NCBI GenBank assembly: GCA_039630575.1
Contig: JBCNUW010000001.1
Span: 32,659 to 96,658 of the forward strand
DNA: 64,000 nucleotides
From: Candidatus Hydrothermales bacterium
Lineage (GTDB): Bacteria; Hydrothermota; Hydrothermia; Hydrothermales; JAJRUZ01
Direction: 5' to 3'
Positions 40,255-49,801 of the stretch are shown here, piece after piece (position 1 is the stretch's first letter; each line of letters starts with the position of its first letter). The translations under genes were made by a program, and so were the position numbers. Under the pieces are notes generated by a model, which saw nothing but the letters and a program-made list of their open reading frames with translations, searched no databases and was not told the origin of the DNA.

Positions 40255-42746
40255 TGGAATTAACTCCACTACTAAAGCAGTATCAAAAAATTAAAAGGGA
40301 TTATTCTAAAGAGCTTTTATTTTTCAGGATGGGAGACTTTTATGAACTTTTTTACGAAGATGCAAAAATAGCAGCAAAAGAACTTGGAATTGCTCTCACC
40401 TCTAAACCTTTTGGTAAAAACCTAAGGGTACCACTTGCAGGAGTTCCTGTCAAAGCAGCTGAAGGCTATATTAAAGAATTGCTTAAAAAGGGCTATACGA
40501 TTGCAATTTGTGAACAAGTAGAAGAAGGAAAAGATTTAATGTTAAGAGAAGTAGTTGAGGTAATCACACCAGGGACAATAACATTACCTTCTCTTTTGTC
40601 TCCGGATCAAAATATTTACATTTTATCTTTATATCCATCAAATAAAAAAACCTTTGGTATTGCATATACTGACATAACCACCTTTGAACTAAGGTCAGGA
40701 ATTTTAGAGGGAGAAAGTTTACATAATTTTCTCCTTAGCTTAAAACCTAAAGAGATTCTCGCACCACATGAATTCAGTTTAGATGGTTTTTTTTTAAGCA
40801 ACTTTGATGAAACCCTTTACAGTGTTGAAAGTGCGGAAGAAAGAATAAAAAATTTTTTTGGTATTAAAAGTTTAGATGGTTTTGGAATAAAAAAAGATGT
40901 TAACCTTATTGCACTTTCCCATTTACTTGATTACCTTACATTAAAAAAGAAAACTGGACTTGAAAATTTAAGATTAAAGCCTCTTGAAGAAAGTGAATTT
41001 TTAATTTTAGATGCTACAACAGTTAAAAATCTTGAACTTGTAGATAAAATTCACCCTGAAAGTCAATCTCTTTATGAAACTTTAAACTTTACAAAGACAG
41101 CTTTAGGATCAAGATTTTTTAAAAAAAATTTACTTTTTCCTTTAAAAGACAAAGAAAAAATAAAAGAAAGACATCAAGCAGTAGAGGAAATAATTGAAAA
41201 ACCTTATTTAAGAAAAACTATCTCAGAAATCTTAGAAGATTTTGTAGATTTTGAAAGGGTACTTTCAAGAGTCGCAAGACTTAAAGCTTCTCCCTCTGAA
41301 GTCTATAAGTTATCACAAAATTTTATAGATCTTTTTAAACTAAAGGAAGCTCTGAATACTGCAAACAGTAAAATTCTTAGAGAAATATCCGGAAATTTAC
41401 ATGACTTAAGAGATCTTGCACAGTTGATCTTTAGTTATTTAAAGGAGAATCCTTCATATCCTGGTGATGGAAACTGTATAAAAAGAGGAGTTTCTGCAGA
41501 ACTTGATGAGCTAATAGAGATAAAAATTAATTCTTCACAGAAATTGAAAGAATTAGAGGAAAAAGAAAAAAGAGCCACAGGAATTCCAAATCTAAGGATA
41601 AAATACAATCAAGTTTTTGGCTTCTTCATCGAAATTACTAAGTCCTATATAGATCGTGTTCCAGAATATTATGAAAGAAAGCAAACTCTAACAAATTCTG
41701 AGAGATTTATCACAGAGGAACTTAAAAGTTTAGAAGTTAAGATCCTTTCAGCAGAAGATAGGATAAAAGAGATAGAAACTTTCCTTTATGAGGAGCTACT
41801 AAAAAAAATTATGGAAGAAAAAGAAAAAATTTTAGATATCTCAGAAAATATTGCACTTTTAGATCTTCTTTTAAGTTTTTCAGAATCGGCTATAAAGTTT
41901 AAATATGTAAAGCCAGAAATCTCAGAAGAAAAGGAGATTGTTTTAAAAAATTCAAGACACCCTGTGGTTGAGCAGAGAGTCAAGGAGTTTATCCCAAACG
42001 ATGTACTTATAACTCCTGATAACTTTTTTCAAATAATAACTGGTCCAAATATGGGAGGAAAATCGACCTATATAAGACAGGTTGCTCTATGCACCATACT
42101 TGCCCAAATTGGTTCTTTTATTCCAGCGGAGGAGGGAAAAATTGGAATTGTAGATAGGATATTTACAAGAATAGGATCATCAGATGATTTGGCAAGAGGT
42201 ATATCTACATTTTATTCTGAAATGCTTGAAGTATCCCAGATATTAAATAATGCAACAGAAAGGAGTTTGATTTTACTTGATGAGATTGGACGTGGAACTT
42301 CAACATATGACGGTTTATCTATAGCTTGGGCTGTTTCTGAAGATATAATAAAAAGAATCAAAGCAAGAACCTTATTTGCAACACACTATCATGAGCTTAC
42401 AAGTCTTAAAGACAATTATCAAGTTGTAAAGAATTTATATACTTTAGTTAAAGAATGGAAGGGAGAAGTTATTTTTCTAAGGAAAATAATTGAAGGGTCT
42501 ATGGATAGGAGTTATGGGATATATGTTGCCAAACTTGCAGGAATCCCAAAACATGTTATAGAAAGAGCAAGAGAAATTTTAATAAATTTTGAGAATAAAA
42601 GAAAAGTGTTAAAGTTTAACAAAAAACAGCTTGAACTTTTTGAAAAACCTGATCCTTTAAGAGATTTTATTGAAAAGGTAAATCCTGATGAATTATCACC
42701 AAGAGATGCTCTTGAATTAATATATAAATTAAAGAAATTACAATAA
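40254..42746 (+). CDS. mutS: DNA mismatch repair protein MutS
   Basis: FFRMGDFYELF, TGPNMGGKSTY, DEIGRGTST and FATHYHEL motifs. Confidence 0.97.
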   Translation: MELTPLLKQYQKIKRDYSKELLFFRMGDFYELFYEDAKIAAKELGIALTSKPFGKNLRVPLAGVPVKAAEGYIKELLKKGYTIAICEQVEEGKDLMLREVVEVITPGTITLPSLLSPDQNIYILSLYPSNKKTFGIAYTDITTFELRSGILEGESLHNFLLSLKPKEILAPHEFSLDGFFLSNFDETLYSVESAEERIKNFFGIKSLDGFGIKKDVNLIALSHLLDYLTLKKKTGLENLRLKPLEESEFLILDATTVKNLELVDKIHPESQSLYETLNFTKTALGSRFFKKNLLFPLKDKEKIKERHQAVEEIIEKPYLRKTISEILEDFVDFERVLSRVARLKASPSEVYKLSQNFIDLFKLKEALNTANSKILREISGNLHDLRDLAQLIFSYLKENPSYPGDGNCIKRGVSAELDELIEIKINSSQKLKELEEKEKRATGIPNLRIKYNQVFGFFIEITKSYIDRVPEYYERKQTLTNSERFITEELKSLEVKILSAEDRIKEIETFLYEELLKKIMEEKEKILDISENIALLDLLLSFSESAIKFKYVKPEISEEKEIVLKNSRHPVVEQRVKEFIPNDVLITPDNFFQIITGPNMGGKSTYIRQVALCTILAQIGSFIPAEEGKIGIVDRIFTRIGSSDDLARGISTFYSEMLEVSQILNNATERSLILLDEIGRGTSTYDGLSIAWAVSEDIIKRIKARTLFATHYHELTSLKDNYQVVKNLYTLVKEWKGEVIFLRKIIEGSMDRSYGIYVAKLAGIPKHVIERAREILINFENKRKVLKFNKKQLELFEKPDPLRDFIEKVNPDELSPRDALELIYKLKKLQ

Positions 42747-42775
42747 GGTTCAATTCCAACATTTTTTAAGATTTT

Positions 42776-43777
42776 ATGAAAATAAAAGATTTAGCAAAAA
42801 TTTTAAATGGTGAAGTTTTAGGAACCGAAGAATTAGAAATTATTGGTGTATCACCACCTGATGAAAATACTGAAGGGTACATATCTGTTTTGTTTGAAAA
42901 AAAATATGAAAATAGAAATTATTTTGCTGTTTTAACGTCAAAGGAATTTTTAAAGAATATAAACTTTAAAAGTGCTATTGTTGTTGAAAAACCCAGAGAA
43001 AAAATGTTAGAGCTTTTAAGTTTATTTGAAGAAAAAGAAGAAAAGAGAGAAAAGATACACGAAACTGCAATCATTTCAAGAGGAGCTGAAATTGAAAGTG
43101 GAGTTTATATCGGACCTTACTGCATAATAGAAAATAATGTCAAAATAAAAAAAGGAGTTAAACTTTTAGCTTTCGTTTATGTGGGTAAAAACTCTTTTAT
43201 AGATGAAGATACTTTAATATTTCCATTCGTCTCTATTGAAAAAAATGTTAAGATTGGAAAAAGATGTATTATCCATTCAGGAACTGTAATAGGCTCAGAT
43301 GGATTTGGTTATGAAAAAAGAGATGGTAAAGTTGTGAAAATTCCACAAATTGGATGGGTTAATATAAAAGATGATGTTGAAATAGGGGCAAATGTTTGCA
43401 TTGATAGAGCAGTAATTGGAGAGACAACTCTTGAAAATGAAGTAAAGATTGATAATTTAGTTCAGATTGCCCATAACGTTAAAATTGGGGAAAGAACTCT
43501 TATTGCATCTCAGACAGGTATAGCCGGAAGCTCAAAAATAGGAAAAGATTGTTTAATTGCTGGACAGGTAGGGATAAAAGATCATGTGAGAGTTGGAGAT
43601 AGAGTAATTTTAACAGCCCAAACAGGAGTTTCAAAAGATGTTCCCGAAGGAAAAATTTATTCAGGATATTTTGCAAGAGACCATAGCATTGTTTTAAAAG
43701 CAATGAACATTCTTTATGAGCTTCCTTTTTATTGGGAAAAAATAAAAAAGTTACTTAAAAATAATATTAAGTCTTGA
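42776..43777 (+). CDS. lpxD: UDP-3-O-acylglucosamine N-acyltransferase
   Basis: Hexapeptide repeats; [14 protein letters not shown] and [11 protein letters not shown] motifs. Confidence 0.95.
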   Translation: MKIKDLAKILNGEVLGTEELEIIGVSPPDENTEGYISVLFEKKYENRNYFAVLTSKEFLKNINFKSAIVVEKPREKMLELLSLFEEKEEKREKIHETAIISRGAEIESGVYIGPYCIIENNVKIKKGVKLLAFVYVGKNSFIDEDTLIFPFVSIEKNVKIGKRCIIHSGTVIGSDGFGYEKRDGKVVKIPQIGWVNIKDDVEIGANVCIDRAVIGETTLENEVKIDNLVQIAHNVKIGERTLIASQTGIAGSSKIGKDCLIAGQVGIKDHVRVGDRVILTAQTGVSKDVPEGKIYSGYFARDHSIVLKAMNILYELPFYWEKIKKLLKNNIKS

Positions 43778-43803
43778 AAGAAAAAGTTTATAAATTTTAT
43801 AAT
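43774..43803 (+). promoter_or_regulatory. Sigma70 promoter for the mgtC-nuoH-fabG operon
   Basis: TTGAAA (43774-43779), 18-nt spacer, TATAAT (43798-43803), 7 nt before ATG 43811. Confidence 0.6.
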
Positions 43804-43810
43804 TTTAACA

Positions 43811-44233
43811 ATGGATGAAGTACAAATATTATTAAGACTTTTTTTATCCTTTGTTTTAGCAGGAATAATAGGAATAGAAAGGGAGCTTTCTGGTAAGGTT
43901 GCTGGTTTGCGGACACACATGCTTGTTGGCTTAGGTTCTACAGTTTATGCAATAGTATCAATTATGGTTCACTCTGAAAGAGGTATAGTTGATCCCTCAA
44001 GAGTAGCAGCTCAAGTTGTATCAGGTATAGGATTTATAGGAGCAGGAGCGATTTTTAGAGATGAGGATAGAGTAAGGGGTCTAACTACAGCATCAGATAT
44101 ATGGGTTATGGGTGCAATAGGTCTTTCAGTAGGATTAGGTTATTTTTTGCTTGCCGCACTTTCCACATTTCTTGTGCTTATAGTTTTAATAGGCGGTGCT
44201 TGGATTGAAAAAAAAGCTCTGAAGACAAAGTGA
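43811..44233 (+). CDS. MgtC/SapB family membrane protein
   Basis: IGIERE...AGLRTH and DPSRVAAQVVSGIGFIGAG...GLTTA motifs. Confidence 0.92.
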   Translation: MDEVQILLRLFLSFVLAGIIGIERELSGKVAGLRTHMLVGLGSTVYAIVSIMVHSERGIVDPSRVAAQVVSGIGFIGAGAIFRDEDRVRGLTTASDIWVMGAIGLSVGLGYFLLAALSTFLVLIVLIGGAWIEKKALKTK

Positions 44234-45174
44234 TAGAGATCATATTAAAAGGGACAATTTATTTAGTTTTTCTAATTGGAATTGCAGCTTATCTTACATA
44301 TTTTGAAAGAAAGTTTCTTGCTTGGTTCCAAAATAGAATAGGTCCAAACAGAGCAGGACCAGCAGGAATCTTTCAGCCTCTTGCTGACGCAATAAAGTTA
44401 TTCTTAAAAGAAGATATAACCCCTTCAAAAATTACTTCAAAATTTTTATATTTTATAGCTCCACTTTTAGTGAGCTCTTTTGCAGTTTCTCAGTTCTTTT
44501 TAATACCACTTTTTCCAGAAGGTCCTTTTCCCGATATAAACTTTGGTATCTTACTTTTATTAGTTTTATCTTCAATTAGCCTCTATGGTATAATCTTTGG
44601 TGGATTTTCTTCAACAAGTAAATATTCTGTAATAGGTGGAATAAGAGGAGTGTTGATGTTAATTTCTTATGAAACAGCTCTTCTTTTAACTCTTATAAGT
44701 ATTTCTTATCAAGCAGGTAGTTTCTCTTTAAGAGAAATAGTGGAAGCACAAAAAATTCCCTTTATTTTCCCTCAGATAATAGGTTTTTTTGTTTTTTTAA
44801 TTACAGGATTCATGGAGACAAAAAGACTACCTTTTGATATACCTGAAGCAGAATCAGAATTAACAGGAGGTTTCCACACAGAATACAGTTCCATTAAATT
44901 TGCTTTTTTCTTTCTCGGTGAGTATCTTCACATATTACTTATTTCTTCATTAATTGTTACTTTTTATCTTGCTGGATGGAAATTTCCCTTTTTACCTCCT
45001 TTTTTTGCTTTTATTTTAAAAGTGACTCCTTTTATTTTCTTTTTTATTTGGGTGAGAGCTTCATTACCAAGGTTTAGATTCACCGATTCTTTAGAAATTG
45101 GGTGGAAAATTTTGCTCCCACTTTCTTTCTTAAATCTTTTAATAACAACTTTTTGGGTTTCTATAAAAGGTTAA
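44230..45174 (+). CDS. nuoH: NADH-quinone oxidoreductase subunit H (complex I subunit 1 family)
   Basis: ERKFLAWFQNRIGPNR, QPLADAIKLFLKE and PFDIPEAESELTGGFHTEYS motifs. Confidence 0.9.
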   Translation: MIEIILKGTIYLVFLIGIAAYLTYFERKFLAWFQNRIGPNRAGPAGIFQPLADAIKLFLKEDITPSKITSKFLYFIAPLLVSSFAVSQFFLIPLFPEGPFPDINFGILLLLVLSSISLYGIIFGGFSSTSKYSVIGGIRGVLMLISYETALLLTLISISYQAGSFSLREIVEAQKIPFIFPQIIGFFVFLITGFMETKRLPFDIPEAESELTGGFHTEYSSIKFAFFFLGEYLHILLISSLIVTFYLAGWKFPFLPPFFAFILKVTPFIFFFIWVRASLPRFRFTDSLEIGWKILLPLSFLNLLITTFWVSIKG

Positions 45175-45179
45175 CGAAA

Positions 45180-45908
45180 ATGTTAGAAAACAAAGTTTCT
45201 ATTGTAACAGGTGCAAGTGACGGTATTGGGAGAAGTATAGCAATCACCCTTTGCAAATATGGCGCAAAGGTAATTGGTTTAGGGAGAAATGAGGAGAAAT
45301 TGAAAGAAACTTTCAGTCATATAGATAGAGGTTTTTTTTATAAATGTGATCTTTCAAAGAAAGAGGACATTGAAAATTTCATAAATGAAATAGTAAAAAA
45401 AGAAGAAAAAGTTGACATATTAGTAAATAATGCTGGAATAACAAGGGATAATTTAATTATAAGATTAAAGGAAGAGGACTTTACCCAGGTAGTTGAGGTG
45501 AATTTAAAAGCTATTTTTATACTTTCAAGAGAAATTGCAAGGATTATGTTAAAACAGAAAAGTGGAGTTATCATAAACATATCTTCTGTTGTTGGGTTAA
45601 TGGGTAATGCTGGGCAAGTAGTGTATTCTCTTACAAAAGGTGGAATTGTATCATTCACAAAGTCATTAGCAAAAGAGCTTGGAGGAAGGAATATAAGGGT
45701 CGTAGCAGTTGCTCCTGGTTACATAGAGACAAAAATGACAGAGATGTTGCCAGATGAAATAAAAAAAAGATATATAGAGAGTATACCTTTAAAGAGAGCT
45801 GGTAAACCGGAAGAGGTGGCAGAGTTAGTTGCTTTTCTTGCATCTGATAAGGCAAGCTATATTACCGGAACAACTGTTGTAATTGACGGTGGAATGTCTG
45901 GTTTTTAA
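45180..45908 (+). CDS. fabG: 3-oxoacyl-ACP reductase
   Basis: TGASDGIG, VNNAGITRD, YSLTK and VAPGYIET motifs. True start is ATG 45180 (MLENKV). Confidence 0.9.
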   Translation: MLENKVSIVTGASDGIGRSIAITLCKYGAKVIGLGRNEEKLKETFSHIDRGFFYKCDLSKKEDIENFINEIVKKEEKVDILVNNAGITRDNLIIRLKEEDFTQVVEVNLKAIFILSREIARIMLKQKSGVIINISSVVGLMGNAGQVVYSLTKGGIVSFTKSLAKELGGRNIRVVAVAPGYIETKMTEMLPDEIKKRYIESIPLKRAGKPEEVAELVAFLASDKASYITGTTVVIDGGMSGF

Positions 45909-45909
45909 T

Positions 45910-47130
45910 ATGCTTTTAAAATTTTTTTTATTTTTTCAATATATCTTGATACCAATGGACGGGGTTCAAACTGACCATTTAAAGGCGTATGGTATTGTAT
46001 ATAGATGTTTACAAAGAGGAATAAATTTTGACTGGCTTTTGAATTACAGGGGTGGTTCATTTATAGCTGAGTATTCAAGTGAGATTGAGGAAGAGTGTGT
46101 AAATAGCTCTGTTTTTTATGAATTGATAACAAATACTGTAGCTTCGAATATTTACACCTATGTGGAAGAGCACAACATGAATGCTTTGCGTCTTGAGGTT
46201 GCACCAAAACTTGCTGTTTATGCTCCTCCCTATACAGAACCTTGGGATGACGCGGTTGAGTTAGTTTTGAAATATACAAATGTACCCTATGACAGGATTT
46301 GGGACAATGAAATACTTGAGGGAAAGCTAGAAAAATACGATTGGCTTCATTTACATCATGAAGATTTTGCTGGTATGTATGGAAAATTTGAAATGGCTTA
46401 TGGTCATACTCCTTGGTATATAAGAATGAAAGAAACTGACAATGAAGTTGCCAAGAGATACGGATTTAAAAATGGACCACTAATGAAACAGGCAGTTGCT
46501 TTAAAAATTAAACAGTATGTAGAAAACGGTGGTTTTTTATTTTCAATGTGCTCAGGACCAATAACTCTTGATGTAGCTCTTGCTTCTGTAGGAATTGATA
46601 TATGGGATATACCTTACGATGGAACCCCCTTTGATCCTAATGCAAATAAAAAATTAAATTTTAAAAACACGATGGCATTTCATAATTTTGAAATTTACAT
46701 GAGCTACTTAAATGATGAAGTATCTGATATTGATGTTACAAGAGAAGCTGATATAAGGGGGCAAAATGTTTGCTTTAAATTATTTGAATTTTCTGCAAAG
46801 TATGATCCTATTCCTTCTCTTTTAACACAGAACCATGTAAATTGTGTGAGAGAATTTTTAGGTAGAGATACGGGTTTTAAAAGAGATAAATTAAAACCAT
46901 ACATAATTATTCTTGGAGAGGTAGAGAAAACCGAAGAAGTTAAGTACATTTATTCGAGTTTTGGAAAGGGCTTTTTTACTTTTTATGGAGGTCATGATCC
47001 AGAAGATTTTAAACATTTTGTTGGTGACCCTCCAACTGACCTTTCGAAGCATAAAAACTCACCTGGTTATAGATTAATTTTAAATAATATACTTTTCCCA
47101 GCGGCACAACCTCAAAAATTAAAGACATAA
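45910..47130 (+). CDS. Conserved exported protein with class I glutamine amidotransferase-like domain (family often labelled 'asparagine synthetase B')
   Basis: ILIPMDGVQTDHLKAYG, WLLNYRGGSF, WLHLHHEDF, GGFLFSMCSG and GGHDPED motifs; start ATG 45910. Confidence 0.7.
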   Translation: MLLKFFLFFQYILIPMDGVQTDHLKAYGIVYRCLQRGINFDWLLNYRGGSFIAEYSSEIEEECVNSSVFYELITNTVASNIYTYVEEHNMNALRLEVAPKLAVYAPPYTEPWDDAVELVLKYTNVPYDRIWDNEILEGKLEKYDWLHLHHEDFAGMYGKFEMAYGHTPWYIRMKETDNEVAKRYGFKNGPLMKQAVALKIKQYVENGGFLFSMCSGPITLDVALASVGIDIWDIPYDGTPFDPNANKKLNFKNTMAFHNFEIYMSYLNDEVSDIDVTREADIRGQNVCFKLFEFSAKYDPIPSLLTQNHVNCVREFLGRDTGFKRDKLKPYIIILGEVEKTEEVKYIYSSFGKGFFTFYGGHDPEDFKHFVGDPPTDLSKHKNSPGYRLILNNILFPAAQPQKLKT

Positions 47131-47966
47131 ATAAGGGAACTTTTGACTCCGAGGAATGGAGAAACTGCTTTAACTTTTTAAAAAATAGAAAATGGATTTG
47201 GATAGGTAGTGAAAATGAAGGTTTTTATGCTCTTGAAACAAAAAAGTTATTTTTTAAAGTCTATGAGTCTGGATGGAAAGGCACATTTATTTCAGGAAAA
47301 AATTTAAAGGATAAAAGACCAGAAGACTTTTTACCTTATTTTAAAAAATTTACTCTCAAAATTGTTATTAATGATTATTATAAATTACTCAAGGAAAGTA
47401 AAACTTTTAAGATTTACTGGCAAACAGCATATGTTATAGATAAAAAGACAGAAGAAGAACTTTTTAGAAATTACAAAAAGTCTTTAAGAGAGGATATCAA
47501 AAGAGGAGAAAAGTATGGACTTTTTTTTAAAGAATTAGAGATTCATCATCTTTTGGAATTTTATAAAATTTATAGATTTACGACAAAAAAACATAAAGCA
47601 GAAGTTATTCCTTTTTCTTTAATAGAAAACATTTATAAATATTTGAAAAATAAAGGTCTTTCAAATTTTTATGGAGTTTTTCTAAGTGAAGAACTCCTTT
47701 CGGGAGTAATAGTAGTATATCCAGAAGAAAAAACAGTTTTAGCTTTAATACAGGGCACATCAGAGAAAGGTTATAAACTTGAAGCCTCTTCTTTTATCTT
47801 TCACAACATAATAAAAAGAGAGTTTGAAAGAGGAAAAGAAATATTTTCATTTGGTTCAAACCCAAAAGATAAAAAAGATTTAATTTTTTTTAAAAAAAAA
47901 TTTGGAGTAAGAGATTACATTTATCCAGTTTATATTTGGTATAATCCCTGGTATACTGAAATTTGA
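47127..47966 (+). CDS. FemAB/GNAT-family acyltransferase; probable ATA start
   Basis: The frame is open from 47088 with no ATG/GTG/TTG before 47553. The upstream part encodes TFDSEEW and EEELFRNYKKSLREDIKRGEKYGL, typical of FemAB-like GNATs; C-terminal FFKKKFG. Confidence 0.7.
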   Translation: MNKGTFDSEEWRNCFNFLKNRKWIWIGSENEGFYALETKKLFFKVYESGWKGTFISGKNLKDKRPEDFLPYFKKFTLKIVINDYYKLLKESKTFKIYWQTAYVIDKKTEEELFRNYKKSLREDIKRGEKYGLFFKELEIHHLLEFYKIYRFTTKKHKAEVIPFSLIENIYKYLKNKGLSNFYGVFLSEELLSGVIVVYPEEKTVLALIQGTSEKGYKLEASSFIFHNIIKREFERGKEIFSFGSNPKDKKDLIFFKKKFGVRDYIYPVYIWYNPWYTEI

Positions 47967-47969
47967 TCT

Positions 47970-48395
47970 CTAATAAAAAGAGTTAAAAATTTCACTCTCA
48001 AGTTCTCTTTTTGTCTCATCAACAATTTTAATCTTAATAGTTATAGGAAAAGGGAAGTTTATGTTCTTTACTTTTTCAGGCCATTCAACTAAAAAAATTG
48101 CATTTTCTTCAATTAGTTCGGATAAATTCAACTTTTCCTCTAAGTCTTTAATCTCAGTCCTATATAAATCAATATGATATATTTTTCCTCCAGGAATGTT
48201 ATATTCATAGACATATAAAAATGAGGGACTTCTAACTGTATTATAACCAAAGTAAGATAAAATACCTCTAATTAAAGTAGTTTTTCCTGAACCTAAAGAA
48301 CCTTCAATTAAAATACTTGAAGGCATTTTGATTTTTTTTGCTATTTTATAACCTAGATCGAAAGTTTCTTCAGGTGAGTTTGTTCTGATTTTCAT
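47970..48395 (-). CDS. tsaE: tRNA threonylcarbamoyladenosine biosynthesis ATPase
   Basis: GSLGSGKT, VRSPSF, HIDLYR and VEW motifs. Confidence 0.93.
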   Translation of the reverse strand: MKIRTNSPEETFDLGYKIAKKIKMPSSILIEGSLGSGKTTLIRGILSYFGYNTVRSPSFLYVYEYNIPGGKIYHIDLYRTEIKDLEEKLNLSELIEENAIFLVEWPEKVKNINFPFPITIKIKIVDETKRELESEIFNSFY

Positions 48396-49116
48396 TTTTT
48401 AAATATCTAATGTATAAAGCATATAAAGTCAGATAGGGAAAAAGTTTAGAATTTTTAAAAAATTTTTTAAAATATAAACTTCCACCTCCTGTTAGTATTA
48501 CCTTAAAATCCCTTAGTTTATATTTATTTTTAACCTTGTTCAATATTGACTCAATTCCTAATATAAGAACATTTTTTATTCCATAATTTACGCATTCGTC
48601 AGTACTTTTACCGATTAATTTTATATCTTTATATATTTTATTTACCTTTAAAAGAGCAGTTTTTTCATTCAATGTGTCAATCTGTGTTTCAAAAGATGGT
48701 ATTATAAGTCCTCCTTTAAAATCACCATTTTTAAAAGCTACATCTAAAGTTATAGCAGTTCCAAAGTCAATAACTATCACATCTTTTTTGAATAAATTTA
48801 TTGCACCGAATATGTTAACTAATCTATCTATACCCAGTTTCTCTTTATTTTTATAAGGATTTTTTATTTCCCTAAAATTATCATGTGTTAAAAATTTTAT
48901 ATTAAATCTTTCTCTTATTTTCTTTTCTATAAACGGTACAACAGAGATAGCGTATATAGGTGAGCTCTTATATTTTTTTAAAAATTTTTCAATTAATTTT
49001 AAAGAATTTTCTTTTTTATCAATCTCAATCTGTGGTTTTTCTTTTAAAGATTTAAAATATCCTATTTTTATATTTCTATTACCAATATCAACACATAGAA
49101 GTTGGTTCATCAACAA
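48370..49116 (-). CDS. coaX: Type III pantothenate kinase
   Basis: VDIGN, SVVP, LGIDR, IDFGTA and TGG motifs. Confidence 0.92.
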   Translation of the reverse strand: MLMNQLLCVDIGNRNIKIGYFKSLKEKPQIEIDKKENSLKLIEKFLKKYKSSPIYAISVVPFIEKKIRERFNIKFLTHDNFREIKNPYKNKEKLGIDRLVNIFGAINLFKKDVIVIDFGTAITLDVAFKNGDFKGGLIIPSFETQIDTLNEKTALLKVNKIYKDIKLIGKSTDECVNYGIKNVLILGIESILNKVKNKYKLRDFKVILTGGGSLYFKKFFKNSKLFPYLTLYALYIRYLKNENQNKLT

Positions 49117-49801
49117 ATCTTAAATTAAAAATCTCAAAAAGTGAAAAAGAAAAAGATCCCTCATTTAAATCAACTTTAATTTTAAAATCTTTGTCTAGTT
49201 CTCTAAGAAAGCCTTTATAAATTTCATTATTGTACAGGAATTGAACCCATTTTTTTACTATTAAATTTTTAGAATATTTTTCATAAAGTAAATCAAAGTC
49301 CCAATTTGCCACATCTAAAACTGTGTTGACAATCCTTCTTTTCAAATAGCTAAGATCAAATTTCTTCCCTGTCAACAGGTAGAGTGAGGAGGCTTCGTTG
49401 AGATTTTCAGGGAATTTTTGAGTATTTACATTTATTCCTATGCCACATATAAAATTATCTTCTGTTTTTTCAATCAATATACCACATACTTTTTTATCTT
49501 TTACCAGTATATCATTTGGAATTCTTATAAATGGTTTTAAGTAAAATTCTTTTAACACTTCTTCTATAAGATTAAAAGCAGATATAGAGGTTATTAAAAA
49601 AATTTTTTTTTCATCCTTCACATTCGGTAAGTAAAAGGAAACATACAAACCTCCTTTTGGTGAAAAGAAGATATTTTTGCCTCTCCCTTTTCCCTTTATT
49701 TGCTTATCTGCAAAAACAAATACTACTTTTTCATTTTTTATATATTTTCTTATAAAATCCTGAGTTGAAAAAATTTCTTCAAGCTCAATTATTTCGATCA
49801 T
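49088..49801 (-). CDS. birA: Biotin-protein ligase (no HTH)
   Basis: STQ, QIKGKGRG, PNDI, KVCGILIE and GIGIN motifs. True start is ATG 49801 (MIEIIE). Confidence 0.88.
   Translation of the reverse strand: MIEIIELEEIFSTQDFIRKYIKNEKVVFVFADKQIKGKGRGKNIFFSPKGGLYVSFYLPNVKDEKKIFLITSISAFNLIEEVLKEFYLKPFIRIPNDILVKDKKVCGILIEKTEDNFICGIGINVNTQKFPENLNEASSLYLLTGKKFDLSYLKRRIVNTVLDVANWDFDLLYEKYSKNLIVKKWVQFLYNNEIYKGFLRELDKDFKIKVDLNEGSFSFSLFEIFNLRFVDEPTSMC

Noticed and set aside
45530..45555. TTATGTTAAA resembling the XerD arm of a dif site
   Set aside because: It lies inside fabG coding sequence and has no matching XerC arm.
47884..47900. T8-A9 homopolymer as a programmed frameshift site
   Set aside because: The current frame encodes the family-typical FFKKKFG motif and ends normally; such runs are common at this AT content.
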